Of a stretch of DNA of 64,000 nucleotides, positions 37,957 through 48,058 are shown piece after piece (the first letter of the stretch is position 1; each line of letters starts with the position of its first letter). The stretch comes from a virus: positions 46,670-110,669 of the IMG/VR virus record IMGVR_UViG_3300049571_000582; one strand, given 5' to 3'. The notes under the pieces were generated by a model. That model ran no database searches. It was not told the origin of the DNA and saw nothing but the letters and a program-made list of their open reading frames with translations. The translations under genes and the position numbers were made by a program.

Positions 37957-39721
37957 GCTGGGAAAATTCGACGTCGCTGAGGCGAAGATCGCTCGTGACT
38001 TTCTCGGTGAGCAACTCTCCAAGACCGCCAAGGCCAAGCTCGTCACCCACGAGAACGGAGTCTGGCTGGTCAACCCCGAGACCAAGGTCACCTACAACGT
38101 GATGATGGCGAACCCGCCACACCCACAGACGGGTCTGGTCCGGATGGTCTTCTCTCGGGCCGGCGAGCCGGTCTTCGGAGTCAAGGGGGCCACGTGGCTT
38201 GTGGTCTTCGAGCCCTTCAGTGGGACCGCATACCTCATTGCCTCCCGCGACCTGACCGAACGGGTAAACGACGTGATCCGGAATCCGGATTCGTCACATG
38301 GGATGCTCGGCCTGAAGCGGGATGACAAGTACCTCCTCATCAGCGTGCACATGGACTGGGCGACCAATAGCCGCTTGTGTCGTCATGTGATCAAGATCGG
38401 CGGTAAGGTTTACGCGGAATACCGCGACGCGAAGATGCGTGAGCCCGAGGGGTTCGTCCACCTGCACAACCACTCCACGTACTCGCTGCTGGATGGATGC
38501 TCGGAGATCTCCGCTATCGCCAAGCGTGCGTACCTCAATGGCCAGCCAGGCATCGCCCTCACCGACCACGGCAACGTCTTTGGTGCTTACAAGCACTGGG
38601 CGGCGTGCAAGGAGCGGGGCGTCAAGGCCATCATGGGATGCGAGATCTACCTTGTTGACGACGTCGGCCAGAAGTACGTCAACAACAACGGCAACACCGC
38701 GCGGTTCGAGCATCACCTCACCCTGATCGCCATGAACGCCGCGGGCTGGGAAAACCTCTGCAAGCTGCTAACGATCGGCGGCCGCGATCACTACCACTAC
38801 GTCCCCCGAATCGACTTCAAGATGCTGGCCGCCCACGCGGAAGGCCTGATTTGCTGCACCGGCTGCTTCAAGGGGCCTGTTGCGCACTATTTGCAGGACA
38901 GACCGCTTCGCGAGGGCGAGACCAAACTGAACTGGTGGCAGGTCAAGAGCGTCGACATGGCCGTTGAGCGATTGAACTGGCTCAAGGGGATGTTCGGCGA
39001 TCGCCTGTACGGCGAAGTGATGAACATCGACTACGCACCCTACGTTGCTTGCGTCCCACAGCTTCTGGACATCTTCTCCAGCCACAAGGTGCCCACAGTC
39101 CTCACCAACGACAACCACTACGAGATCGCCGAGGACGCCGAGGTCCAGTCGATCATGACCAAGGTGTCGAGCCAGAAGGTCGACGGCCTCGGCGAGAATG
39201 CCCAGAAACAGGGTGTGTATTTCATTCGCACCCTCGCCGACATGGTGGGCGGCGCTAGCTGGGTGAGCAAAGAGATGACCGATCGCACGGTCGAGATCCT
39301 CGATCGGTGCAGTCTCACGTTCGACCGGGACGGATATGTCTTCCCGCCTTTTGATGTGAACTCGGATCCCGACTGGAAGCGATTCGAGGCCGCCGGCAAG
39401 ACGACGAAGACTACCACCTGTGACCTGGGACCACCCAAGGCCCCCATCACACACGAAACCCACGAAGCCCACCCCAACTCCATCGCCGCCCTCGAGTCCT
39501 CGAAGGACTCAATGAGCGAGCGAGCCGCGGCCGTCCTGGGGAATGTGAAGGCCGTGGGCGCGGGCACCGACAAAGAGATCGCGATCCGCATGGGATTTGA
39601 TCACAAGAGCGCCGTGCAGCCACGCATCAGTGAGCTGGTGGACGCGGGCCTCCTCAAGGAAATCGGAAGTAAGCCGGACCCCGACACAAAAAAGAGTGTT
39701 CGGGTCGTGGCCGCAGCTTGA
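37940..39721 (+). CDS. DNA polymerase III alpha PHP domain as a separate gene, with unknown N-terminal domain and C-terminal winged helix
   Basis: FVHLHNHSTYSLLDG, ALTDHGN, GCEIY, HLTLIA, PRID, TGC, TNDNHY; C-terminal GTDKEI...VQPRISELVDAG. Confidence 0.88.
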   Translation: MARAPKLGKFDVAEAKIARDFLGEQLSKTAKAKLVTHENGVWLVNPETKVTYNVMMANPPHPQTGLVRMVFSRAGEPVFGVKGATWLVVFEPFSGTAYLIASRDLTERVNDVIRNPDSSHGMLGLKRDDKYLLISVHMDWATNSRLCRHVIKIGGKVYAEYRDAKMREPEGFVHLHNHSTYSLLDGCSEISAIAKRAYLNGQPGIALTDHGNVFGAYKHWAACKERGVKAIMGCEIYLVDDVGQKYVNNNGNTARFEHHLTLIAMNAAGWENLCKLLTIGGRDHYHYVPRIDFKMLAAHAEGLICCTGCFKGPVAHYLQDRPLREGETKLNWWQVKSVDMAVERLNWLKGMFGDRLYGEVMNIDYAPYVACVPQLLDIFSSHKVPTVLTNDNHYEIAEDAEVQSIMTKVSSQKVDGLGENAQKQGVYFIRTLADMVGGASWVSKEMTDRTVEILDRCSLTFDRDGYVFPPFDVNSDPDWKRFEAAGKTTKTTTCDLGPPKAPITHETHEAHPNSIAALESSKDSMSERAAAVLGNVKAVGAGTDKEIAIRMGFDHKSAVQPRISELVDAGLLKEIGSKPDPDTKKSVRVVAAA

Positions 39722-39727
39722 CGTATC

Positions 39728-39761
39728 CCGGGGGCCGCTGGAGGGGGCGGCCCCCGGTTTT
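39728..39761 (+). terminator. Rho-independent terminator after the PHP gene
   Basis: CCGGGGGCCGC / GCGGCCCCCGG stem followed by TTTT. Confidence 0.7.
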
Positions 39762-39785
39762 GAAGTTCCCCGAACTGGTGAAGAC

Positions 39786-40361
39786 ATGGGGAGGCGAAAA
39801 CGGGAGATCGGCCCGATGGGCCGCAACGATCCGCGACACAAGACCGCGATCAAGTACCTGCGGCTTATTGCCAAAGTCGCGGGACAGGCCTCGCACGGGC
39901 AAGGCCAAGCCGAGGACCTGATGGGAGAAGGATACCTGGCCGTCCTTCGCCTGGTCGAAACATTCCGTGAGGGGGCCGGGTGCAAAACCCTTGGCACGTA
40001 CATCCAGTCACGCTTACCGATGCGTCTTCGGTACGCCCTGCGTGAAGACATCTGCCAGCCAAAGTACGCATACGCAAGGTCCCAGCGAGAGCGGCGAGGT
40101 GTTGCAAAGATCCTCTCGGGCATTCGATCGAACGAGAAGCAACCAGACCTCGACGCGGCCCAGCGTGAGTGCTTCCGCAAGTTGCGGGCCATGGTTGGCG
40201 GCCTGCCTCCCAAGATGAAGGTCGTGGTGACCCAGCACTTCTTTGAGGGCAAGACGTGCCAAGAGATTGCGGATACCCAAGGCGTCACTCGGCAGGCCGT
40301 CAACATGCGAATCCAGACCGCGTTGGGCCTGCTTCGTGAGTTGATGAAGGAGCATAGATGA
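39786..40361 (+). CDS. Second phage sigma-70 family sigma factor
   Basis: EDLMGEGYLAVLRLVETF...TLGTY (region 2) and LPPKMKVVV...TCQEIADTQGVTRQAV (region 4). Confidence 0.8.
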   Translation: MGRRKREIGPMGRNDPRHKTAIKYLRLIAKVAGQASHGQGQAEDLMGEGYLAVLRLVETFREGAGCKTLGTYIQSRLPMRLRYALREDICQPKYAYARSQRERRGVAKILSGIRSNEKQPDLDAAQRECFRKLRAMVGGLPPKMKVVVTQHFFEGKTCQEIADTQGVTRQAVNMRIQTALGLLRELMKEHR

Positions 40362-40888
40362 CGTCTAAGGAAGTTCTGCAGGCGATCCGTGACAAGTACC
40401 GGAGCCCGTGGCTGGTGTTCCCTGAGCTTCGTTGCGGCACGGGCTACGGAAAGCGATCGGAGCAGCGGATCGACGCATGGGTTATGCATCCATACCCATC
40501 GAGCGGGTGCAAGCGGATCGCCTTCGAGATCAAGGTGGACCGCCAGGACTTCCTCAACGAGATCAAGAACCCGCTGAAGCGACGTGGGGCGGTTCTCTAT
40601 TCAAACCAGTTCTACTTCATCACGCCGCCCGGCCTGGTGCTTCCGGGAGAGGTCCCGATCGAATGCGGCCTGATGGAGGTGATTAACGCGGGCAGGAAAA
40701 AACCTGAAGGCGGGGGTTGGTTTTCTGCCGGGATTGCCCGATCTCCCTTTTGGTTCAGGGAAGTCATAGACGCCCCGGTTCGCGAGAGCATTCTTCCAAC
40801 GTGGAAGTTTGTTGCCTCCATCGGAAGGCGGATCCTCCGCGAAGAGCCCAAGATCGATACCCCCGAAGCCAATGTGGAGACCATGTGA
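40358..40888 (+). CDS. MmcB-like PD-(D/E)xK DNA repair nuclease
   Basis: RIDAW, FEIKVDRQDFLNE, NQFYFITP, EVP..CGL. Confidence 0.78.
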   Translation: MTSKEVLQAIRDKYRSPWLVFPELRCGTGYGKRSEQRIDAWVMHPYPSSGCKRIAFEIKVDRQDFLNEIKNPLKRRGAVLYSNQFYFITPPGLVLPGEVPIECGLMEVINAGRKKPEGGGWFSAGIARSPFWFREVIDAPVRESILPTWKFVASIGRRILREEPKIDTPEANVETM

Positions 40889-43548
40889 GCGACGCTCCCA
40901 AGGAAAAGCCCAAGCCGCAGTGGTCGGAGACTGACGAGTTCCTGAAATTCAAGGTGCTCAATGGACTGAAGGACCGCGGCTACCCCACCACACAGAAGTA
41001 CCTCGATCGCGTGGAGATGGAGTCGCAGGTCATTTGCGCAACTGGGTATGCGCCCTACTTCCTGATCGTCGCCGATCTGTGCCGATTCATGCGGGAAAAG
41101 AAGATTCGCTTCTTGGTCCGTGGGTCCGGCTGCGGATCGATCTACGTATGGTCGCTGGGTATTTCGCATGCATGGCTTGACCCAATTGAGCTGGAGCTTC
41201 CGTTCGAGCGGTTTTTGAACCCCGAGCGAATTTCCATGCCGGATTTGGATATTGACATCCAGGATGACCGCCGGCACGAGGTTGTTTCCTACACCGTCGA
41301 AAAGTACGGAGGCGATCGGGTTGCCCGCATCATCAGCTTCGGAACCCTCGGCGCACGCGCGGCGATCAAGGATCTGGCCCGAGCGCTGGACCTTCCCGAT
41401 TACCAGATGGTGGCCGACAAGATCACCAAGGCAATCCCCGTCAACACGGATCTCGACGACGCCCTCAAGGCCAGCGAGTTGCTGCAGGAGATGGAGAAGT
41501 CCTATCCGCGGCTTTTCGAAATGGCACGCCGCGTCGAGGGCAAGACCCGGCACACGACTGTCCACGCGGCCGGCGTGGTTATCGCCCCCGACGAGATGAC
41601 GAAGTTCATGCCGGTGTACTACACCGGAAACCCAGCGGATCGCGACCCGGCCGACTGGGAGCCGGTCACCAGCTGGGACATGTACGACGTTGAAGAGCGT
41701 GGCCTGCTGAAGATGGATTACTTGGGCTTGAAGACCCTGCGTGTGATTGATCAATCCGAGCGACTGATCAACTTCATCCGCACGAAGCAGGGGCTGCCTC
41801 CGGACTTCAGCATCGACACTGTCGATCGCCGCGACCACAAGGCGTGGGCGTTGCTTGCCGCGGGCCGGCTCGCTGGCGTCTTTCAGGTAGAACGGAAGTT
41901 TGTGCGGAACTTCGCCAAACGCATGAACCTTCTCAAGAACAAGGATCCCTGGCAGCTTGCCATTTTGATCGCCATCATCCGCCCGGGCATGATGGACACG
42001 GGCCAAACGGAGATCTACCTCCGGCGGGCCTCGGGCCAGGAAGAGCCAACACCCCTGCACCCCCTCCTGGAGGCGACCCTCCGCAAAACCTTCGGCATCA
42101 TGGTGTTCCAAGAAGACACCATGTTCGTCGCCCGCGACCTGTCCAGATTCACGATGGCAAAGGCCGACGTGCTTCGCAAGGGCATCGGTAAGAAGAAGCC
42201 CGAGTTCGTGGCCAAGATGTATCCCCTGTTCGAGTCTGGGGCCATTGGTCAGTCCGTCTCCAAGGAAGATGTCAGCCGGATTTGGAGCCTGATCGAAGCC
42301 CACTCCCGCTACTCGTTCAACAATGCCCACGCGGCCGCCTACGGGCTCGTTGGCACCTACCAGACGGCCTACCTCAAGGCCAACCACCCCTTAGTCTACA
42401 TGACGTGCCTGATCAACTCTGAAGCGGGCGTAGGCACGAAGGAACAGGGGTACAACTGCAAGGTCGCCGAATACGTCGAAGAGGCACGGACCATGGGCAT
42501 TGGCGTGCTGCCTCCCTGCATCCGGGCGTCGGCGGCCATGTGCCGCGTCGACCTTGGAAAAAACGCCATTCGGTTTGGTCTCTCGCTGATCAAGGGAGTT
42601 GGCGAAAAGGCGGCCGCATGGATCGTCACGAAGTCACGGGACGCCAAGAGCTTCAAGGAATTCCTCCTCACCTGCTTTGAGGAGCTGGAAGTCGAGGTCA
42701 AGCCCAAGGTCTCCAAGGCCACCATGAAAGAGATTGTCGCAGAGGTCACACAGCCATCGCAGCTGGCCGCCCCCGGCACGGAAGTGGCGGAGATGCAGGA
42801 AATGCTGCTCGACGCGCAGGTGGAAGCCCGGATGGAGGTCAAGAAGGCTTGGAAGAGCTACAGCCGCGTGGGCAAGGGGGAAATCGAATCCCTGATTCAT
42901 GCCGGCGCTTTCGACGGGTTCGACAGCGATCGCGAAAAGCTGCTGGCGATGCTGGAGGACCTGCTGTCTCTCGCCGGCAAGTTCCACGAGCAGTCGTGCA
43001 AGCAGCGGAATGGTAGCACACGGCTCAAGCTCACCCCCGAGATGATCAAAGGGCAACTGGACGCCGCGGACCTCGATGAGGCGGCCATCAACCGGGACGG
43101 CCTGGAGAAGCGGCTGGAGATGGAGCGTGCCTACACCGGGTGCTACCTCTCTGAAAGCCCCTTCCAGCCCTATCGAAAGACGATTGACGAGTACGAGACC
43201 ACGACGATCGAAGAAGTTCTTGCCGGGCAGTTTCACAAGGGAGCGGTGCTCGCCGGCATCCTTCGCGACTTCCGGATCTTCACGATCAAAAACGGAAAGA
43301 ACAAAGGCCGCGAGATGGGGTACTTCACCTTCTCCGGCGTCGGCGGCGACCTCGATGTCACCTGCTTCGCCGACATGTGGGACCGCCTCAAGCCCCGGCC
43401 TGTTGCCGAGGGGCAGAAGCCCCAGCCGACGATGGTCGAACGCGGCAAGGTCTTCCTCGTTCAAATCAACCCCGATCGCAACGGCGGCACGCCTGTGATG
43501 GCCGAACTGACGCGGCTGTCGAACACGGCGTACGCCGAAGGATCCTAG
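40885..43548 (+). CDS. dnaE: DNA polymerase III alpha subunit, catalytic part lacking PHP
   Basis: YFLIVAD, RGSG, FERFLNPER..MPDLDID, HAAGVVI, LLKMDYLGL, RPG, YSFNNAHAAAY, LKANHP, IRFGL..IKGVG, OB fold. GTG 40885 after GGAG. Confidence 0.95.
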   Translation: MSDAPKEKPKPQWSETDEFLKFKVLNGLKDRGYPTTQKYLDRVEMESQVICATGYAPYFLIVADLCRFMREKKIRFLVRGSGCGSIYVWSLGISHAWLDPIELELPFERFLNPERISMPDLDIDIQDDRRHEVVSYTVEKYGGDRVARIISFGTLGARAAIKDLARALDLPDYQMVADKITKAIPVNTDLDDALKASELLQEMEKSYPRLFEMARRVEGKTRHTTVHAAGVVIAPDEMTKFMPVYYTGNPADRDPADWEPVTSWDMYDVEERGLLKMDYLGLKTLRVIDQSERLINFIRTKQGLPPDFSIDTVDRRDHKAWALLAAGRLAGVFQVERKFVRNFAKRMNLLKNKDPWQLAILIAIIRPGMMDTGQTEIYLRRASGQEEPTPLHPLLEATLRKTFGIMVFQEDTMFVARDLSRFTMAKADVLRKGIGKKKPEFVAKMYPLFESGAIGQSVSKEDVSRIWSLIEAHSRYSFNNAHAAAYGLVGTYQTAYLKANHPLVYMTCLINSEAGVGTKEQGYNCKVAEYVEEARTMGIGVLPPCIRASAAMCRVDLGKNAIRFGLSLIKGVGEKAAAWIVTKSRDAKSFKEFLLTCFEELEVEVKPKVSKATMKEIVAEVTQPSQLAAPGTEVAEMQEMLLDAQVEARMEVKKAWKSYSRVGKGEIESLIHAGAFDGFDSDREKLLAMLEDLLSLAGKFHEQSCKQRNGSTRLKLTPEMIKGQLDAADLDEAAINRDGLEKRLEMERAYTGCYLSESPFQPYRKTIDEYETTTIEEVLAGQFHKGAVLAGILRDFRIFTIKNGKNKGREMGYFTFSGVGGDLDVTCFADMWDRLKPRPVAEGQKPQPTMVERGKVFLVQINPDRNGGTPVMAELTRLSNTAYAEGS

Positions 43549-43567
43549 TTCTAGCGGAGTAACACCC

Positions 43568-44167
43568 ATGCCCGAGTATGAGTTTTCCGGATGCGACAAC
43601 GCCCAATGTCCCGACAAAAAGCGGGGCCGGAAGTTCGTCGACGTCACCAACTACTACGTGATCCGCTACCCGATGGGGAAAGCGCCTAGCCCTGGCACAC
43701 GCATCCCCTGCCCCACCTGCGGTGAGGGAACCATCCTTCGGATCTTCTCGCTGCCGCAGCTCAATGTGAGGCAGCAGCTCCCGGAGTTTCAGAATGGCCA
43801 ATCGTACATGGCCAAACTCGCCGGCCAGGACACCAAGGTGACATTTGTAGATCACCCCCACACGAGCCCCGAGTACCAGAGGAACTTGGCGAACAAGGCA
43901 CGGCAGGCTGGCGTGAGCAGCTTCTCGGCCAGCCGCAACATGCGGTATTCGGAGAAGCATGGGCAGATGGTCGTCGACGTCGTGAGCAACGTTCCGGATC
44001 CGCTCGGGCGCGCCCAGAGATCGGACGAGGCCAAGCGGGCGGCGGATACGGGGGTCGAGAGGGTGGATGTGCGCCAACCTGTGAAAGTTCGCAAATCAAA
44101 ACCCAGTTCTTGCCCGATCTCCAAAGGGAACCCAGGAAAGTACCGGATCCCGCTGAGGAAGACATGA
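43568..44167 (+). CDS. FmdB-like zinc-ribbon protein
   Basis: MPEYEF..C....C and CPTCG...RIFS. Confidence 0.72.
   Translation: MPEYEFSGCDNAQCPDKKRGRKFVDVTNYYVIRYPMGKAPSPGTRIPCPTCGEGTILRIFSLPQLNVRQQLPEFQNGQSYMAKLAGQDTKVTFVDHPHTSPEYQRNLANKARQAGVSSFSASRNMRYSEKHGQMVVDVVSNVPDPLGRAQRSDEAKRAADTGVERVDVRQPVKVRKSKPSSCPISKGNPGKYRIPLRKT
44110..44120 (+). promoter_or_regulatory. TTGCCCGATCT motif copy
   Basis: Exact motif 43 nt upstream of ATG 44164. Confidence 0.5.
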
Positions 44168-44556
44168 AGCCCTGCAAGGACTGCCATCCCGCCCACAACC
44201 CGAGCCTGCAGCCCCCGCCGGTGGTGACCGTGCCGGGGGCTGCCGCCGTTGCGGAGACGCGTGCGGACGAGACCGCGCAGAAGGCATCGCTCCCCAACAC
44301 AGCCCCTCCGATTCTTGTCGAGCTCCTGCACATGGTAAAGGCCGCCCAGACGGAGCTGGCCGTGATCACGATCCTGCTCAAGAAACGCCACATCGTCACC
44401 GACGAAGAGCTCAACGACCTCCGCATGAGAATCAGTCAGGCCAGCGAGAAGCAGCTTGCCGGGGCGGTCCAGCACCTGGGTCGCCAGTTCGCCCAGAGGC
44501 CTGTCGCCGGCCACGCCGAACCAATCAACGATCCACGCCGGGGGCCGTCACGATGA
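44164..44556 (+). CDS. Hypothetical protein
   Basis: GAGGA RBS; ATGA overlaps on both sides. Confidence 0.68.
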   Translation: MKPCKDCHPAHNPSLQPPPVVTVPGAAAVAETRADETAQKASLPNTAPPILVELLHMVKAAQTELAVITILLKKRHIVTDEELNDLRMRISQASEKQLAGAVQHLGRQFAQRPVAGHAEPINDPRRGPSR

Positions 44557-45248
44557 ACGGAAAGTGTTTGAATTGTGGCGAAGCCTTTGATGCTCGGTCC
44601 GCGACGGTGAAGCGCTCGGAGAAGTTCACCCACCCACACCCCTTCACCACGCTTGTCACCTTTACCTCTGCGGCATGCGCCGGGTGCGGCAAGACACACG
44701 CCGTGGCAAGCAACATGCAACGCCCCACGCGGCCTCACGCGTGGCTGACCGACGACGAAATCATCCCCCTCAACAAGATGGCCTCGTTTGGGAAGGCCGA
44801 CATCGCCCGTATCGACGGATCGCTCCCGGTGGACATTTACTGGTCCTGGGTACCCATCACCGACAGCCAGGGCGTCTCCACGCGGCTGGCCGAGAAGATC
44901 GCCTCCGATACGGCGATCTACAACCCCGGGCGTCATTCGCTCCTGGTGATGCCGGCCGAGGAGATCATTCCCGAGGTGGCGGCAATCGCCAAGCTGTTCA
45001 CCGCAGCCGTCGCCATTGCGGGCATCACCGACGACACCTTCGGCCCTTATGCCAGCCTCCGCGCCGAGCGATCGCTCTCGCGCACATTCGCTGCAAACCT
45101 CTCCACTGTGAAGCATTACTGGCCGGCCCTGACTTTCAACAAAAACTGGTATCGCCCACTGAGCAATGAGAGTGAATTGATCAAGGCCTATGCCCGGCAT
45201 CACCGCCGGAAGGCCACCGGCAGCGTCGAGGATGGCAGCGATGAGTGA
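44553..45248 (+). CDS. Hypothetical protein with N-terminal CxxC...CxxC Zn ribbon
   Basis: CLNC...CAGC; translationally coupled. Confidence 0.68.
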   Translation: MNGKCLNCGEAFDARSATVKRSEKFTHPHPFTTLVTFTSAACAGCGKTHAVASNMQRPTRPHAWLTDDEIIPLNKMASFGKADIARIDGSLPVDIYWSWVPITDSQGVSTRLAEKIASDTAIYNPGRHSLLVMPAEEIIPEVAAIAKLFTAAVAIAGITDDTFGPYASLRAERSLSRTFAANLSTVKHYWPALTFNKNWYRPLSNESELIKAYARHHRRKATGSVEDGSDE

Positions 45249-45912
45249 AGTTTACGCTATGAATCGTGGCTGCTCGATCGAGCCGATACCTGCAGACGTG
45301 CAGGCCATCCTAAGCCGCGTGTTCGACGACAAGGACATCTGCTCGGACGCCCCGCGTCATGGATCGAACTTTCGTCCCACCTACGTGCGGTGGGAGAAGG
45401 TCCTTTCCCGGCTGAACGAAGCCACCGGCGGAAACTGGGACTGGGTCATCGACGACGTCGACATCAGCCGCGACACCGGAACCGCCATCGTTCGTGGGCA
45501 TGTCACCATTCATCTGCCTGGAGGGAAAAGGGTTACCCGGGGCGGCGTTGGCGCAGTGGTTCTGGAGATCAATCCGAACGGGTACTTCATCTCCGTCGCC
45601 GATGATGTCAAGGCTGCCGAGACTGACGCGTTCAAGCGGGCATGCGTGAAGCTCGGCATCGCCCTCCACCTCTACGAGAAAGACCGGGAAGTCCAGCAGA
45701 TCCACGACCAGGCACGGGAGATGTCCGGGCAGCAGCCCGCGCAGCCTTTCCAGATCGCCCGAGTCCGCAACATGCTCGCACAGAACAACCTCAACGAAGC
45801 GGATCTCTGCCGCAGCCTCAACATCCGCCAACTGGAAGATATGACCGCGTCGCAGGTGGCCAATGCCCTTTCCTCGGGGCCGTCGACCTACCTCAATACA
45901 TCGCACGCGTAA
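45241..45912 (+). CDS. Rad52/Rad22-family (Sak-like) single-strand annealing protein
   Basis: YV....VLSRLNE...NW, KAAETDAFKRACVKLGIALHLY. Confidence 0.87.
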   Translation: MSEVYAMNRGCSIEPIPADVQAILSRVFDDKDICSDAPRHGSNFRPTYVRWEKVLSRLNEATGGNWDWVIDDVDISRDTGTAIVRGHVTIHLPGGKRVTRGGVGAVVLEINPNGYFISVADDVKAAETDAFKRACVKLGIALHLYEKDREVQQIHDQAREMSGQQPAQPFQIARVRNMLAQNNLNEADLCRSLNIRQLEDMTASQVANALSSGPSTYLNTSHA

Positions 45913-45967
45913 CGACCCTGGGAGGCCCTGGAGGGGGTAGGGGGCCCTATGGGAGGGGATCTGGTGT

Positions 45968-46007
45968 GGGGGCCCGGCGAATCAACCGCCGGGCTCCCAT
46001 TATTTTT
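45968..46007 (+). terminator. Rho-independent terminator closing the replication operon
   Basis: GGGGGCCCGGCG / CGCCGGGCTCCC stem followed by ATTATTTTT. Confidence 0.65.
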
Positions 46008-46032
46008 GCTGATTTTCTTTGGAGAGTGAATC

Positions 46033-48045
46033 ATGTACCTCGGTGTCAATCTCGAAGGCATCAACGACTACGCCCGTAACTTCATGTTCGCGGACCTGAT
46101 GAAGCAGTCCCGCGCCTGGGGCAGCTTGGACAAGCCCTACGACGCTGCATCACCCGTTGATGCCTCCGGGTGGCCCACCAAGGATGCCGGAACATACCTG
46201 GTGACGGCTGCGACGGCGGGCACCGCCGCAGGCAAGTACCAGCTCGGCGGCCGCTACCGGGTCACCTGGGACGGAGACGGCAAGCTCGAGGGGTTCTCGA
46301 TGGACGCCACCATCGAAAACTATGCGCACGACGACAAGGCCAACACTTCGTCTGCTGACCTCGTCGTGCATGACAACAACGACCAGATCGCCATCCGCTT
46401 CCGCGGCACTAAAGCCGGCGTTCGCAATGTGAAGGTGTGGCAGCCAGGCTACGAGGACGGGAAGCGGACCTTCACCGACAACTTCCTGAAGCTCATCGCC
46501 CCCTTCTCGACGCTTCGATTCATGGATGCCATGGGCACCAACGGCAGCCCGGTGAAGAATTGGTCGGATCGCACGCTTCAGACCTCGGCATCCCAGGCGG
46601 GGCCGGCGGGCATCGCGTACGAGTATATCGTCGAGTTGGCGAACCTGACCAAGAAGGACATCTGGGTCAACATCCCGCACCAATTCACAAGCGACTATGC
46701 GAAGCAGTTCGCCCAGTTGCTTTTCAAGGGGCTCGACAAGGACATCAACGTCTACGTCGAGCACTCCAATGAAACGTGGAACTGGGGATTTCCGCAGGCC
46801 GGCTGGAATCGCGACCAGGCTTCCGCGGAGCAGGCAGCGGGCACGTTCAACTACAACTACGACAAATGCGATAACGTCTATTACTGGGCGTGGCGTCGCA
46901 ACGCTGAAATGGCGATCCAGATCCAGAAGATCTTCTCCGATGTCTTCGGCACCACCAGCCGCGTTCGCGTCGTGCTGTGCGCCCAGATCGGGTGGGGCGA
47001 GGGTTCTTACCAACTCCAGCAGTACAGTGACGCCCTTGCTTATGTGAAGGCCGTCCACGGAGACCCGAAGAACTACTTCTATGGCATCGGCTCGGGATCC
47101 TACACGGGCCTGAGCGACGCGGATAAGGCACGCACTGACCTGACGGCCGACAGCGTGCTGCAGGCCATCATCTCGAACGTTGCGTGGTTCCGCCCCAAGC
47201 AGGACCTCATGACCAAGCTCGCCAAGTCCTACGGTATCCGCAACGTCGCTTATGAAGGCGGCCTGGACTTGACCGCCCCTGACGATCTCATGAACCGGAT
47301 CCGGAATGGAACCGCCACCGACGCCGATCGCGCCACGCTTGCGGCCCTACAGGATGTTCACTACCTCCCCGGGATGCAGGATTTTCTCCTGTCGCTTTTC
47401 AAGGACTGGTTCGCGGCGGACGGCGATGTCTTCTGCTGGTTCAATGCGTCGGGGCAGTTTGCCCAATACAGCTGGGGCGTCGTGGAAAATCCCATGAATC
47501 TTGCTACCCCCAAGTATGCCGCCCTCGCCCAGGTCGCCGCCAACGATGCGAGTTGGAAGCCGGCGAAGATCCCGCCCACCGTTCCCACTGGCCCGATCAC
47601 CCCCACAACGCCTGCGGACCCTGCCCCCAAGGCTCCGGACGCCTATGCCGTCGTGAAGGTCACCGTCCCGGTTGCGCCATGCACGGTGAACGCGGAAGAC
47701 GCGGCATGCTTTTCGGGAATGAAGATCGAGAGCAACACCCCGGACGGGTCGAAGAACCTGGGATACATCACCCCCATGGGCGTGGCAGGATTTCTTGTGG
47801 CGACGGAGAAGGTCGGACGCTACGGGATCATGATCAATCTCTCGGGTATGGCTGACAGTATGCAGCTGGTCGTGTCCTCCGGCTTGTCGCTGGTCCGGGC
47901 CACCCTCAAGAGCACCGGTTCGTGGCAGAACTACGTCGACGTCCTCGTGGGCGAGATGGAATTGCCGGCCGGGGTGTCGATGCTGCAGGTGATTTCGCTC
48001 ACCGGCGGAATCAACATCCGAAGTGTGACGCTGAAAGGCGTATAA
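46033..48045 (+). CDS. Glycoside-hydrolase-like TIM-barrel protein with Pro/Thr linker and C-terminal CBM6/CBM35-like module
   Basis: LRFMD, WVNIPH, VEHSNETWN, AYEGG; PPTVPTGPITPTTP linker; STGSWQNY...GGINI. Confidence 0.72.
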   Translation: MYLGVNLEGINDYARNFMFADLMKQSRAWGSLDKPYDAASPVDASGWPTKDAGTYLVTAATAGTAAGKYQLGGRYRVTWDGDGKLEGFSMDATIENYAHDDKANTSSADLVVHDNNDQIAIRFRGTKAGVRNVKVWQPGYEDGKRTFTDNFLKLIAPFSTLRFMDAMGTNGSPVKNWSDRTLQTSASQAGPAGIAYEYIVELANLTKKDIWVNIPHQFTSDYAKQFAQLLFKGLDKDINVYVEHSNETWNWGFPQAGWNRDQASAEQAAGTFNYNYDKCDNVYYWAWRRNAEMAIQIQKIFSDVFGTTSRVRVVLCAQIGWGEGSYQLQQYSDALAYVKAVHGDPKNYFYGIGSGSYTGLSDADKARTDLTADSVLQAIISNVAWFRPKQDLMTKLAKSYGIRNVAYEGGLDLTAPDDLMNRIRNGTATDADRATLAALQDVHYLPGMQDFLLSLFKDWFAADGDVFCWFNASGQFAQYSWGVVENPMNLATPKYAALAQVAANDASWKPAKIPPTVPTGPITPTTPADPAPKAPDAYAVVKVTVPVAPCTVNAEDAACFSGMKIESNTPDGSKNLGYITPMGVAGFLVATEKVGRYGIMINLSGMADSMQLVVSSGLSLVRATLKSTGSWQNYVDVLVGEMELPAGVSMLQVISLTGGINIRSVTLKGV

Positions 48046-48058
48046 CCTAAATGGTGAC

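Noticed and set aside
39400-40900. Split intein or group I intron joining the two dnaE halves
   Set aside because: No intein N-/C-terminal motifs or intron core recognised; the intervening DNA holds a terminator and two intact unrelated genes
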